A stretch of 62,413 nt of DNA, filler included, from Squatina squatina (Eukaryota), in assembly GCA_031763465.1 (NCBI GenBank). It is 4 parts of 3 records of this genome, joined end to end, with 100 filler letters (N's around TTAATTAATTAA, not from the genome) between each part and the next. Parts side by side here need not be neighbours in the genome. Positions count along the whole stretch, not along the records: positions 37,520 to 50,261 come from JARFOE010000219.1; positions 50,362 to 62,413 come from JARFOE010000222.1; 2 more parts are not named here. One strand, written 5' to 3'. Shown here piece by piece: positions 37,520 through 50,954 of the stretch. Under the pieces are notes generated by a model. That model worked only from the letters and a program-made list of their open reading frames with translations. It had not been told where the DNA came from and made no database searches. The translations under genes and the position numbers were made by a program. Positions within the stretch are counted from its first letter, which is position 1. Every line of letters starts with the position of its first letter.

Positions 37520-40500
37520 CTGCCCACACGGTCTTGGCCGAGCAAGGTCTTGACAAGCAAGGAGGACCAAGACGATTGGAGACCAGGCTCTGCTGCACGG
37601 ACTAACACATACACAAACACAGTCTCCTTTTCCCCCTCCACCGCTACTCCAGCCTCTGGCTCCCTGGGTTGCTGGATCCCCAAACTCCCGTCCTCTGGCT
37701 CCTTGTGCCCCTGAACTCTGGTACCCCAAACCTCATTCGCCTGTCTCCCCGGGCCTCGCTTCCCACTCCGCTGCTTCTCGGTGCTCGGCTCCTGACTCCC
37801 TGGGCTTCACGCTAACCGCTCCTCTGCACCACGGCCCCCGACCTTCTGCTCGCCCAGCCTCCCGTTCCCTGCGCTCCCGCTTTATTTTGCCAGCATGGAC
37901 GCCGCCATCTCGGAAAGACCCGGAGCTCAGCTTGGGCCGGGGGGTGGGCCCCAAATTTGCTCTTCCACGGGGCTCTGCTGCTCCCAACCTGTTGTGGGCT
38001 CTGCTGCTCCCACCCTGTGGTTTTAGGAGGAAGAGAAAAACCTAAGCGAGGTAAGAAATTCCATAGTTTACAGATCCTGGGAAAAAAATCAGAGCCAATG
38101 CAACAAGTCCTGATTTTAAAACTATTCAGTAAAATTAAGTTGGGATTCTCCGGTGAGACACCTGCAGATATTTGCAAGTTATCTTCTTTGCACACAAACA
38201 GGGCCAAAACTTTTTTTTGCAAATGGTTTAATTTATGCAGAATGGATTAATCCAAAGTGTGTTAGATGTCACACATTTTGTACACACAGCAATTCAAAGA
38301 GTGAATGTCTCGTTAAATAAAAGAAAAAGAGACACATGTTGATCCAATACAACAGCAAGATGGTTAAATAGGCCAGAAGAAAGGCAGGGCGGGGGAGAAA
38401 CTGGTGTCTCTTGAGATCTGCAGTGGAAATATCCTGAATGTTAAACAGAAAAACCTCAGGGCAGCCTGACATTCCTATTTCGCATCACAATAATCCAGTG
38501 TTTGGGTACAGCTGAAAGTGTTTCTTTCACCAGATCAGAGAATATGTCGGAACAGTGACCTTGCTAATGAGATGAGGTGCACCTTCAGCTGTTAGTAATT
38601 AAACCAAATGTTTGGTTTGTGGAGATGTCTGTGGCTGTTGCTGATTTGTTCTGATGTGTGCTTAAAGGGCAGAGCGGGTTGCACTGGTGCTGTGCAGCAG
38701 AGCACCTGTGTCCTTCAGCACTTATTGTGGGCTTTGTGGTTTCCCCAGGGTCCTAGCACCTGCCAGTTCAATGCTGGCAAAGACATGTCAGTGTTCTGTC
38801 TCCAGAAAAGGTTTGACAAAGAATTCAAAATTGGAATGGTCTGAAATTTTAGTAGTCAAACAATGTTATTCCTGTGCCTATGTCACTTATTTTTAGACAA
38901 TTTATTAAGACGTTATTTTAAAATAACAACTAACGGGCCATAGAAGCTTAATTTTTTTCAAATGCATCAATAATATGTTANNNNNNNNNNNNNNNNNNNN
39001 NNNNNNNNNNNNNNNNNNNNNNNNNNNNNNNNNNNNNNNNNNNNNNNNNNNNNNNNNNNNNNNNNNNNNNNNNNNNNNNNNNNNNNNNNNNNNNNNNNNN
39101 NNNNNNNNNNNNNNNNNNNNNNNNNNNNNNNNNNNNNNNNNNNNNNNNNNNNNNNNNNNNNNNNNNNNNNNNNNNNNNNNNNNNNNNNNNNNNNNNNNNN
39201 NNNNNNNNNNNNNNNNNNNNNNNNNNNNNNNNNNNNNNNNNNNNNNNNNNNNNNNNNNNNNNNNNNNNNNNNNNNNNNNNNNNNNNNNNNNNNNNNNNNN
39301 NNNNNNNNNNNNNNNNNNNNNNNNNNNNNNNNNNNNNNNNNNNNNNNNNNNNNNNNNNNNNNNNNNNNNNNNNNNNNNNNNNNNNNNNNNNNNNNNNNNN
39401 NNNNNNNNNNNNCTGGACAAATAAGTATTCAACAATTAAGTTTATGAAATATGCTTTACTTAAACATCCATTACTTTATTCTGCTGTTAAATTAAATTGT
39501 GTTTTAATTACTTTAAGCACATTGTTGTTGATGTATTGCCTGAACCTAATACTGTTTCTGAATTAGTCAGATGTTACGATTATAAATTACAGCGTAAGAA
39601 TCAAGATGCTTTCTCTTCTGAAGCATAAAAGCGATGCCCGTGCAACACTAGAAATGAATATGTTAGCATATTCTTGTGAAATTTCTTTCTAGATTATTGT
39701 AATAAAGGTGCCATCCCATTTTAAATAGGTTGACACCTTAATTACGGTAGTGGAAAGAGGGATTTCAAATAAATGGGTTCATTACTAACACTGCACAATC
39801 CCCAAGTCTTCAAGTGATTTGTTTTTCTGGCAGGGGAGGATCTTGTTATAAAGTTTCTTGAATCTTTTGATTTCTGAATATTGTGGACTCCACTGGGTCT
39901 AATGTTAAATCTGCTTTGTCAGATTTTAAGGTAAAGATAGCCTCAGTACCCCTGGGCTAGGGAGAGGGGAAAAATCAGCTTTGGCTCACTGCTGATTGCT
40001 ATGGTGGAAAGTACACATGTATATGTTGGGTCCAGACTCTGATTTGGTGCTTTGATTACAGTCTAATAGCCGCCCGTCACTAAGGGACAAAGATTCTGCT
40101 TGTATACTTCCAGTGCTCCCCTCGAGTGGATAGCAGAAAATAATACATTTTAGTCCATGATTTTCTTTCCTTAAAAATTTGTTTCTTCTTAATTGTGGGT
40201 TGGGAACATGCAGTTTTGTGGTATGTGTTGCTGGCCTGTGCTGAGAGTTTAGAAGTAGAATTTTTAAGTGTTCAACCCCGCTCCTGAATAATGGCCACAT
40301 GGGTGAAGCCCTGGAGGGCACTGGCACCTGTGGAACTGAAACCCAGCAGAAGTTAAGCCCTTCAGGGGAGGAGAAGAGAAAACTAAAGGGGAACTAAAAC
40401 AACAACAAATGAGATTGCCTGCATAACAAAAGTCACTGGACTTCAAAGTAATTCATTGTACATGAAACACTTTGGGATACTTCTGAGAGATGTGATAAGG

Positions 40501-43500
40501 AACTTTAAAAATGTATTTTTTTTCTTTCAGGTAAGAAAACCAANNNNNNNNNNNNNNNNNNNNNNNNNNNNNNNNNNNNNNNNNNNNNNNNNNNNNNNNN
40601 NNNNNNNNNNNNNNNNNNNNNNNNNNNNNNNNNNNNNNNNNNNCCCGATGGGGTCCAGTCGTGGGCCCCCTGTACAATAGGACGACACTCAATTCCAGAA
40701 TAGTAAAGAATTAATTTCGTATGACACAGTGTAAACAGTGGAGAAGAATAGGAGTTGCAGGTGTGCCGCATGAAGGGCTTGCTCTGCGAGGGAGGAACTT
40801 TCACACGAGTTTCACTTTTTACCGATTGACCTGTTCCTCAGATCAATTTATGTCAACACCGACCGTTGGTGTCAGATCTTGGCAAACAGTCACACTCTCC
40901 GCTAGAAAAATGCTCCCTTTCATTCATTCCTCAATAAACCCGGCAAATGTAAAGATAAAGCATCCTATCAGGCAGGAGCGTGAAGCTTAAGGTTCTCCCC
41001 GGAGGAGTGGGGGCTTCGAATGGGTCATTAAAGGGACAGTGCCCCTTTTCTTTTTAGAAGGATACTATATTGGGGAGGGGTTGATGGCGACCTCCTGTGG
41101 AAATACTCCTCACATCTATTGCCCACAAGTTATCAAAAAAAATCCCTTGTAAATCCCAAGCAGTTAGTTGATCGGCTCCCCCCCCCCCCAAAAAAAAACT
41201 AATTGTAAATAAATCCCTGTGGAGATCGAAATAAAGATGATGTGAATTTTAGAATCAAGGAACATGTGAGTGAGGATTGAAATGGATTTTGGATTGTACA
41301 ATGATAGAAAACATATTATTTTGATCACTTTAAGTTAAAAAGCGTAGCGTGTAGGATTTGCTTNNNNNNNNNNNNNNNNNNNNNNNNNNNNNNNNNNNNN
41401 NNNNNNNNNNNNNNNNNNNNNNNNNNNNNNNNNNNNNNNNNNNNNNNNNNNNNNNNNNNNNNNAAGGCATCATTAAGCCATTTAAAATAAATTTCCAATC
41501 ATGTATAACTAAGCTACTGATTTAGAAAGTAAATGTTGTGCATTATATATTTTCTCTTTCTTCAGCAAAGCACTTCATTTATTGTCAAGTTGCTTTACAT
41601 CATTTTGAGCTCAATTACACTTTCAGCAGCAGAGCAACTAATAATTTCATGCAGTGTGTTAAACTCTCCCATTGTGGAGTCTTTTATGTGACATGTATTT
41701 CAAATATATTTAACACATATGTGTTTGATTCAAATTAGTCAACAAATATAAGCATTAAAATACCAGACATGTGCATTTATATAGAGATAATTGTACATAT
41801 ATAGTTACATCTTTTCTTTTGTATAATGCTGTTTAATATAAACATGCAAAGTGGCATTTGATGGTTCCTATCTTAAACAAGTCTGAACAAAAGGCTTCAT
41901 CTTCACAGTTGTCTTTTACAATGCTGTTAAGAAATATGCTTGAATGTTAAAATCTTATGTTTCCAGTTTCAACTTGTCTTTACAACTAAAAACTAAATCC
42001 TGGGTAGTCTAACTCATTCCAAAAAGACAACTGCATACCTTGCCCCATTAATTAAAAAAATACTCGTGGAAATGTAGTGCTTTCTACTTTACTGTGGGAT
42101 CCTGCACAGAGAACTGCACGCGAAACATACTAAAGGTGTAAAATATCTGAATCACTAAACGTTACTACGGCAACCCGAATAACATAAAACAAATTGTGGC
42201 ACCTTAAATTGAAAACAGATGGGCTTGTGTTGTAAGGGGGAAAGTTCTTCAGAAACATCTAAAAGGGGAAAAACACGCACACACACGTCATTATTATTTA
42301 GTTAAAGGTTGCAGTTAAATATGAACCAAATAGGCAAAAAGAAAGCGATGGCACACAGAACCTGCAGCAAATCTGGACGAGAGATGGTTTTGGTTCCTGT
42401 TACAACAGTGTACACCTGCACCAACAACCTCTGCTCGTCCTCTGGGGCAAATAAACATGTGTTTGTGGGAGTGGGAGTGGGGGTGGGGGGTTAATTCGTG
42501 CCCACTTGTGGGGGAGGGAGAGCTAATATGCTCGATTCCTTTCTGTAAAAAGTCCAGAGGCCAAATATGTGCGTGTTTTTCATTCTTTTGACAACTGAAA
42601 AGTAAACATTTCAAGTTACTTTTTTGTTGCATTGCGACGGCAGTTCTGATACAACGTTTCCTCACGCCCCTGGGGAAATGTGGAAAACGCCAGTGAAAGA
42701 AAAAAAAAGAGCGGCAGCTACCAATTTGTTGNNNNNNNNNNNNNNNNNNNNNNNNNNNNNNNNNNNNNNNNNNNNNNNNNNNNNNNNNNNNNNNNNNNNN
42801 NNNNNNNNNNNNNNNNNNNNNNNNNNNNNNNTGGTGTCGGGGGAGATCCCACTACAAGATGAGTGATGCCCCCCCATGTCCGAATAGTCAGAATGGTAAC
42901 AAATCGAACGGGTCAGGCAAAGGTCACTATCATTGTGACTTGGCTCTCTGCTCCAAAAGGAAGCCAATCCTGCACCTCCGTCCCCACTTCACCATTATTG
43001 ATGGCTCCCATGGCCGAATAGTCCAATTTTTGCACTTTTCAAGAGGTCATCCAAAATCACCGAGACTCATAAAAGTGGCCGCTCCAAGTCACGCACACCA
43101 ATTTAAACCTTTTCGATGCTCTCTAGATGGGGATTTATGCAGCAAAAAAGCTTTGCAATGGTTCTCAATGATTTTGCGCTCTGATAGAAAGGTCAGCACG
43201 AGTGTCACCGCCTGTATAGCACCCAAAGAACTGAGTGCAATTCTTTGTCGTGCAGCCATTTTGGGTGGTGCGCCCTCTGATCATGTCATGGAGGCCGTTT
43301 AGCGCCTGGCGCTACGTTTCTAGCATTCCTGCGCTGGCGCTAAACTGATGCCAATTGCACAAATTTCATTTTAGTGCCAGAAAAGGGCATTAGACCCCTA
43401 ACGTCCATTTTGTGCCTATTTTGTGCTAGTGCCGGTGTGCTAATTGGGCATCCTATTGCTTATTGCAAAAAAGTGGAAATCCGTGTGGTTTTCTATATCT

Positions 43501-44749
43501 TTGCCTGTAACATTTATAATTATCCTGATATTATGTGTGATTGCTTTTGCACAGAACCCATGATTAGATCTAGATTTTTTGGTGTGAAACTTCAGTGATC
43601 TCAAATCCCCTTACTGCACCCAAGGAGTCAAAATAGAGTAGAATTTGGTGCAGTAATGAGGTGCTTCTACTAGATGACTCCAGTATGCGTTAAACTGAAG
43701 AGAAGATTCCATCAGATTGTATTCGTCAACAAGATCATAAGCACAAGGGAGAAGATTCCCTTGGTTACTATGGGCCTGAAATTCCTGGGCTGGAGAGCAC
43801 ACTTCCATTGCGCAAGTCTGGCAAGGTGGGTCCATTCTATCCCTTCCTTCTCTTCTTCATAATCATCCATTTGTTCCCTTCCGACTATCCCTCATTGGCG
43901 TCCTTTCCTTTTCTCTCCCTCCTTCATTACTAACCTTCTGCTTCCTTCTGCTTCTCATTCCTGTCTATTTACATCTCACCCACCACCCCCCCTCCATCCC
44001 CCCGTCCCAATCCGAGGCCTCCCTTTCTAATCTGCACCGTCTCCCTCCCACACGCGTGCGCACACCCTTCAGTAAAAAGACGGGAGGAGGCGACGGTGGA
44101 TATTCGACAATGGGGGGCATCGCCTGACCGATCCTGCCCTCGCCTGACGCCACGCACCCTGAGTTGAAGCTTTGGGAGGGGTGGTAGCAAAATTCCTGAC
44201 CCGTCTTGCTATCCCACCCCTCCTCTATCACACCTGCAAAGCGAGATCAACTTCTGGTTACCAGACACAAAGACAGCTAGTGTGTCAACATCTGTGCAAA
44301 AAAAATAAGGGGGGTGTTCCTTCTGTAGCCCTCTTCCTCCCATACACCGTACATCAGGCGAATATTACTCAAAATTCAGTAAATCGTTCCAAATTGAGAA
44401 ACTAATGAAAAGCATAATAGGAGACGATCAAAGGAATGTAAAGGGACTCGCGAAGTTTCCAGTCAAGTTTTGTGTGAGCAATTAACATAAATTTTTATAT
44501 GCAAAGGGAAAGAAATACTCGGTTGAGATCACTTAGGAGCATCAATGCTAAATATCTTCGATTTTTAAAGCAAAAACGCTTAAATGTCAAAGTTAAACTG
44601 CAACTGAAGAAATTAGAGCAAAAGACACGCTATGGCGACACTGATTCTGTAACAATACTAACATTGCATCTCAAGCGAACTAGCATTTTTGAAACATGGA
44701 TAATTTGGGTTTTTGTGCAATTGGAAACAACTTATTCGTGCAATTATAA

Positions 44750-45236
44750 GGAAGTCCCGCCCACCGCAAACCGATTGGCTCCTTTTAATTCCATTGTTCT
44801 CGCCCGGATCGCCCAGGGGCTACGTGATTGGTTGGTGGCGCTGTCAGTCACCGCAGTTTGTAATTCTGCCTAGACGAAGTTGCCTATAACGGGAACCGCA
44901 TGGAAGTTTCTGCGCTTTATTACCAGGAGCGGGCACATTTAAGAGATTTCACTGCAGGGGGGGGCGGGAAAGAAAAGACCAGATGAGTGGTTGCTTAACA
45001 CATTTTTGGCGTGCTTAAAAGACAGAGAAAGCTAGTCTCGAACACTGGCAGTGTTTGTAGATCCCCAACAAGGCATTCCGAGCCTGGGAATCTGATTGAG
45101 ATTATACAGAAGGGCTTGTACGAACTTTTTAAAAATGTTCAGAAAGCTTTCTATTATCGTCCTCTTACACTTTATTCTGCTGTACGCGGCTCTACCAGGG
45201 TCCCGGTCCCAGAGATCGAGTGGACCACGGGTAAGT
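44750..45236 (+). promoter_or_regulatory. Probable promoter and non-coding first exon of an unidentified gene
   Basis: GC box CCCGCCC (44756), two inverted CCAAT boxes (44774, 44827), TGACTGACAG TALE decamer on the minus strand (44841-44850), CpG enrichment, and a strong donor CGG|GTAAGT at 45231. Confidence 0.6.
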
Positions 45237-48111
45237 GCATTTAATACCATCATCTGACAGTCTTTTAATAAGTTTTTAAATCAAATTGCATTTCAATTTT
45301 ATTTTGCTTTCTTATTTTCTTACCCTGTTTTGCTCCGTCTGTTCCCCTTTTACTGTTTATATATAAACTTCAAATGTCAGTCAGCCATCCGATGACACCT
45401 GTTGTGCTTCCAACATACACAAGCAAATACTCGGGAGCAATAAGTTGCAAAGATTTGAAATGTGTTCTCCTGTTTCGCTGGGGACGGGAGACAGTGAGAT
45501 GCAATAAAAACGTTACTTATTAGATAGATTGAAGAAATAGTAACAGGCTTCGCTTCATTCGGGAGGAGGTGTGTGTGTGTGTGTATGTTGTAACTTTACA
45601 CTGATTGTGTCCAGGGCACAGTTTGAAAGCTTGATGGAGGATGAGGGGAGTTCTGTTATCTCCTTTTATCAGAGCTACAATCGTTTGTTTCGAGTAGAGT
45701 TGGGCTGTGGGGGTGGAGCGTGTAAAAGCAGGTCTTGTCCGAGCGCACACTCCCCACACTCCTTCTGCCCTTTTTCTTTCGGTGTTTCATTTTAAGCGTT
45801 TGGTTCTGCTCCGAAGTGGGACGGTAATTGATTCCAAAAAGAAAAATAGTTGCTGCCCTTGCAAGTCTCAATTTGGCACAGCACTTAAAAATGCAGCTGA
45901 AGTGTGTACTTGAAGAGAAGTGCATATGTAAAGTCTTCACCCAACTGNNNNNNNNNNNNNNNNNNNNNNNNNNNNNNNNNNNNNNNNNNNNNNNNNNNNN
46001 NNNNNNNNNNNNNNNNNNNNNNNNNNNNNNNNNNNNNNNNNNNNNNNCACAGCAGGGTGAAGTACCCCAGAATAGGAGAGGTGTATTTTCTGGCTGAATC
46101 CTGCTGGAATCCTGGACATAGTAATATTTTTTAAAAGCAGTTGATTTAGATCCAGCAATTGATTCGCAGGCAAGTCCCATTCTTCATACAGTGAAGTAAG
46201 GTTCAACGCAAACAACTAACATCAGACAAGTACTAATACTTGTACTATGGTATGGTGTGGTATTGTATCATATCGTATTCTAGTATTTTCAGTGAACAGA
46301 ATCAGACAAACTCCACGTTTCTCATTCAGTAGCTTTTTGACACCGGGCATTAGACACCTTACAGAGTGCTCCGTCTGCTAATAGTATAAATTAGTTTATT
46401 AGCTTTACAAATGGAAAGAGATTGAAATATTGAGATTAGGATGTGAGAAAACCTAGAAGAAGATAGAGAAACACTGGGGTTTAATCTAAATTTATGCATT
46501 AGGGCTTGCTGTATAACATCAATTGAAATTTAACAGGACTGGCCACAGGATGTTGAAACACTTTGGCGATCACAAGTAATATAATTGTCACGTGTGAATC
46601 GCAGATGTAGGGATTTGTGTGCTTAATAACTTTATCACTACTGAGCTCTTTGCCAGTCTTACAAACTTAATATTTACTTCACATCAAGCCTGTTTGCTTC
46701 AAGACTATATATATTCAGTTCAGTCATCTTTGTTTGTTAGAAGGGATTAGAAGATATATAATATACTGGGAAAATGACCCAAGTTGCTCTCGGTGCTTCT
46801 TTAGCTATTAATACAGTGTAACAGAGCAACACCGCTAGTCACTCAAAACACTTGGACCATTTTGAGAAACAGGGTCTGCGCCACAGTTTTTGCTTTCTGT
46901 GGGAAACTCTTTCTTGAACTGTTGATGCATTGTGCTGAAATGGCTCTGTATAATCCAGTTGGATTGCCCCGCCTTTTCCCGCCCTGACATAAAGTAACCG
47001 AATGAGACATTCTGTTCCCAGCGCCATCCAACGGGAAGATATTCGGGGTCAGTCTCGGGACACAGGGAGGGCTTGTGTGTGCTCTCGCTGAGCCCCGGCA
47101 TGCGATTGGCAGGGAGCCAGGGTGAGCAGAAGAGGTCAGTACCGCGAGCATACAAAACCCGCACGCTACTGGGACTGACCGCAGCCACCCAGGACGACAC
47201 AGTGGNNNNNNNNNNNNNNNNNNNNNNNNNNNNNNNNNNNNNNNNNNNNNNNNNNNNNNNNNNNNNNNNNNNNNNNNNNNNNNNNNNNNNNNNNNNNNNN
47301 NNNNNTGTATGAATTTGACTCAACAAAGATTGTTAAATGACATAATTTCTTTTTAACATAGGTCTATCTTTGATATATAACTGACATTCTAATAAATCTA
47401 ATTTGTTGACTCAAATGTCTTCATTGACAGGAATGGGTGTGTGAAAGGGCAAAGGGAATGTGTCTGGGCCGTGCAGCAAGGCGTATGTTTCTGCCCTTCT
47501 ACTCTGCGTTTCGAATGGTTGCACAGACTGCTAATGTAAACTGTGGTCAAATTCCAACATGTTCAAGATCTTGGACCAAAAAATAAATAAATAAGCTAAA
47601 CCTAATCAAAGCTGTTCAAAATCTCATTCTGTCAACGATCTGTTCTCTCTATACCAACCAATATTTTGCAAATAGCCCCGACTTGCACTTGTTTAGAAGG
47701 CTCCTTTAATAAGTAGATTGATGTTTTTTTTCTCTCTATTTCTTTGTGTTTAGATCAAAGTTTAAAAAAAATTCTGCTAAATCCCTGGGTCTCGCGCTGA
47801 GTGAAGATGAAGTGGTTCTCGACACTGAGGGAGAGAGCAGCAGAGGAAGGAGGGGCAGTTCACACTACTGAGCTGCGCCTCCCAGTGGCTGAGATGAAGG
47901 CCTAATTACTGGTTACTTATCTGACCTCTATATTGGGGTGAGACGAAAGAATCCTCTTTAGGACAAGTGGTTGGGGATAGACGTTTTGGGGGGAAAAAAA
48001 TCAATATTAGAAGGATCCCAATGAAGTGCAATTTGTTTTGGTTTTACATAATGCTAATAATTATCTCCATTTAAGTACAACAGTCAAGAAGTCTGCTGGC
48101 TCTTTTTACAG

Positions 48112-48227
48112 AAGCAGGCCCAACCAAGTGTCGGACAGAAAGGGCACAGCAAGCACAGGAACAGACCAAAAAGCCGCAGGAACCGGTCTTCATTCCAGAA
48201 TGTAATGAGGATGGCTCATTTGCTCAG
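48112..48227 (+). CDS. SMOC1: SPARC-related modular calcium-binding protein 1, internal exon encoding the N-terminal half of the first thyroglobulin type-1 domain
   Basis: tctttttacag|AA...GCTCAG|gtaaag. Translation (E)AGPTKCRTERAQQAQEQTKKPQEPVFIPECNEDGSFAQ matches recalled SMOC1 DAGQSKCRLERAQALEQAKKPQEAVFVPECGEDGSFTQ. Confidence 0.88.
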
Positions 48228-49052
48228 GTAAAGTAATGGGGAATGAGTAGGTGTGGGACAGTGAAGAAGCAATCACACCCCATCAATAGTCAAATTTTGT
48301 TTGATCACACCCCTGTGAAGCACCTTGGGATGTTTTACTACATTAACGGTGCTATATAAATGCAAATTGTTGCTGTTATGGTGCCCACAGTCCCATTGTA
48401 ATTGTGCGCTTACCATGGAGTTGCGTGTTTTCTTTAACTGCTTCCTAATATTTAGTTATGTCTTCCTCTTTCCACTGAAGTACCGTAAGCCGAATTTGGG
48501 AGATTATTGACTCCACCCTGCGTCCATGAAATTTAGTTTTTTTAAATACCAATCCTGTGGAGAAAATTTAAAAATATTTTATTTCTGCTGATACCACAAA
48601 ACATCATCAGTTGGTTTTGATAGGGTATAGAAGTTCAGGACATTCAGGACTAATTGAAAACCTGCTGCACATATTTCTAAATAGAATGTATATGAGAGCC
48701 AGCCACGTGATGTCATCAATGAGGTGAGCAGAACTCGCCCATAGTCTCACTGCTCAGGAGTTGTGTGCTTGTGGTGATATTTAGTATGTGCTATGGCTAT
48801 GATGTGATCTTTTCTATACACATTAATATATACATAGCCTCTTATCATATCAAAATGTCTATAAGCTCTTTACAAGGAATTACAAAGAATTTACAGCATC
48901 CTCCCACACTATTAACTTCATCTCACCCTATCAGCATATTCCTCTTCGTTTCTCCCTCATGTGTTTATCCAGCTTCCCCTTAAATACATCTATGCTATTT
49001 GCCTCAACTACTCCAAGCAGTAGCGAGTTCCACATTCTCACCACTCTGAGTA

Positions 49053-49400
49053 AAGCGCTTTACTTTACTTTGAAGTGTAATGACTGTTGTTATGTAGGCA
49101 CAATTCATAGCTACTCTCTACCTGTAAGTTCCCACAGACAGCAATGTGATGAACAGCCAGTTAATCTTCGTTGAATTTGCTGGCTCAGACACCTGCCCTT
49201 CACATTTTCCATGGGATCTCCAACATCCACATGACTTGTTAGACAAGATCATTTGAAGAAAGGAACTTCTGACAGTACATAACTCCCTCGGCCCTACACT
49301 GGAGTGCCAGAATGGGTCATGAGACCAAACCCTGATATGGGACTTAAATCTGTAACTTTCTGAGCCAGAGATGAGATTACTACCAACAGAGCCAAGCTGG
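49053..49400 (-). mobile_element. tRNA-derived DeuSINE (SacSINE1/AmnSINE-like), decayed
   Basis: Minus strand shows a tRNA-like head cagcttggctctgttggtag, then cactccagtgtagggccgagggag..ctgtcagaag, atcacattgctgtctgtggga and acaacagtcattacacttcaaag, resembling the Deu core and tail as recalled. Confidence 0.65.
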
Positions 49401-50261
49401 CCCTTTCCACCTTATGTGCAAAAGATTTCACTATGGGTTTGTAGCCCTGTTTGTCCCTTCCATGCTGCTCCTGTTGGTCCTCCCCTTGTGTTCTCTATTT
49501 TTGTGAAGTTGGCTACATCTTTAAGATGGAACACCTCTTCAACATAGGAAAGCATAGATTAAGTCATTTGGTAAACATTATGAAGTTAACAGGTTCCCAC
49601 AGCAGCCAAGCCAAGAGCTNNNNNNNNNNNNNNNNNNNNNNNNNNNNNNNNNNNNNNNNNNNNNNNNNNNNNNNNNNNNNNNNNNNNNNNNNNNNNNNNN
49701 NNNNNNNNNNNNNNNNNNNAAACACTAACACATGGAGCTCTGAAAAGTCAGCAATAATAGGGGTGAAGATTAACATTGTTCACATTTTAACATTTTTTTC
49801 TCCTCCTAACAGTGAATTTGTCAATCAGATCTGAAAGGCAGAAAGAGGCTTTGAATTTTGATCATTTGGAGCTGGAGTGCCTCCCAGCTGCATGCGTAGG
49901 CAGCCTGTGGGATGCAGAGGACACCAGTCATAATCACATAGCCTGCATTGGGATTTGGGTTTGTGGGAGGGGAGGGGGGTAGTGAGAGCTATCATCTTTG
50001 AGACAGTGCTGCTTTATCTGGCTGCACCTGCAGAAGGGAAAGAGGCAACGTGGCTTTTTTTTCTTCACTTCTTTTCTGAAGCTTATTAATTGCGCCTCAG
50101 AGCTCTGACTGTAAGTGGAGAAAAATAAAATAAATACTTTAGTAAGTGAGATTTGGCAGTGAAAAGCATGTTTACTGTACAAGCTTCTTTTCTAGAATAG
50201 CATGTCGAGCCAGATAGTTCGAAGTGCTTCTCACTGAGTTGTCAGTGCTCATTAAGGTCCA

Positions 50262-50361
50262 NNNNNNNNNNNNNNNNNNNNNNNNNNNNNNNNNNNNNNN
50301 NNNNNTTAATTAATTAANNNNNNNNNNNNNNNNNNNNNNNNNNNNNNNNNNNNNNNNNNNN
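50262..50361. other. Artificial scaffold-concatenation spacer
   Basis: TTAATTAATTAA at 50306-50317 flanked by 44 N on each side. Separates the SMOC1 block from the ANO6/ARID2 block. Confidence 0.97.
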
Positions 50362-50742
50362 ATAATTGGGCTCTTTTGTGATGTTGTTCTTGGTTCAAAT
50401 AAGCTGCTGATATTCACTGGCCAGCCTCCGATGCGAATAATAGTTAGTCACTTGGACAAGATTCTGACAGGCTGCTGTTCATGAGCAAAGGAAAGAAAAT
50501 TGTGGGGAATGTCATACACTGTTAAGTAAGCTACACAAAATCAGATGATAACTTTAAGTTTTGCCTTCTATATGCATTTGAAGCTGGAGATTATACTTCA
50601 GACTTGTGACTCCTTCTGAGATATGCACTTATATACATTTAATCCGAGTAAACCAAATTTTATAGAAATAGAATGTTTTACGCACTTTTGTTTTCTAGTT
50701 GATCTTTCAAAATGACACTTGCCTTTTTCTTTTTGTTTATAG

Positions 50743-50954
50743 GCATTGATCATTGCATTTACATCTGATATGATTCCCAGGCTTGTTTACTACTGGGCAC
50801 TGTCAGTGCAACCTCATGGAGAGTCTAGCAGTCCAACCATGCATGGGTACATCAATAGTACTCTCTCTGTTTTCAGAGTCACTGACTTCAGTAATCTCAG
50901 CAAGCCCACTAAGTTACCTTACTGGTTTGACCCTGAAACCGATACCACCTGCAG
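50743..50954 (+). CDS. ANO6: Anoctamin-6 (TMEM16F) internal exon near the C-terminus
   Basis: ttttgtttatag|GCA...TGCAG|gttagt. Translation ALIIAFTSDMIPRLVYYWALSVQPHGESSSPTMHGYINSTLSVFRVTDFSNLSKP...TTCR matches the anoctamin motif. The YYW..SV.P.G pattern and the position upstream of ARID2 favour ANO6 over its paralogues. Confidence 0.88.

Noticed and set aside
48545-48620. Minus-strand CTGATGA...GAAA spacing resembling a hammerhead ribozyme
   Set aside because: No properly placed NUH cleavage triplet or stem III, and a non-consensus stem II closing pair. Likely chance in AT-rich DNA.
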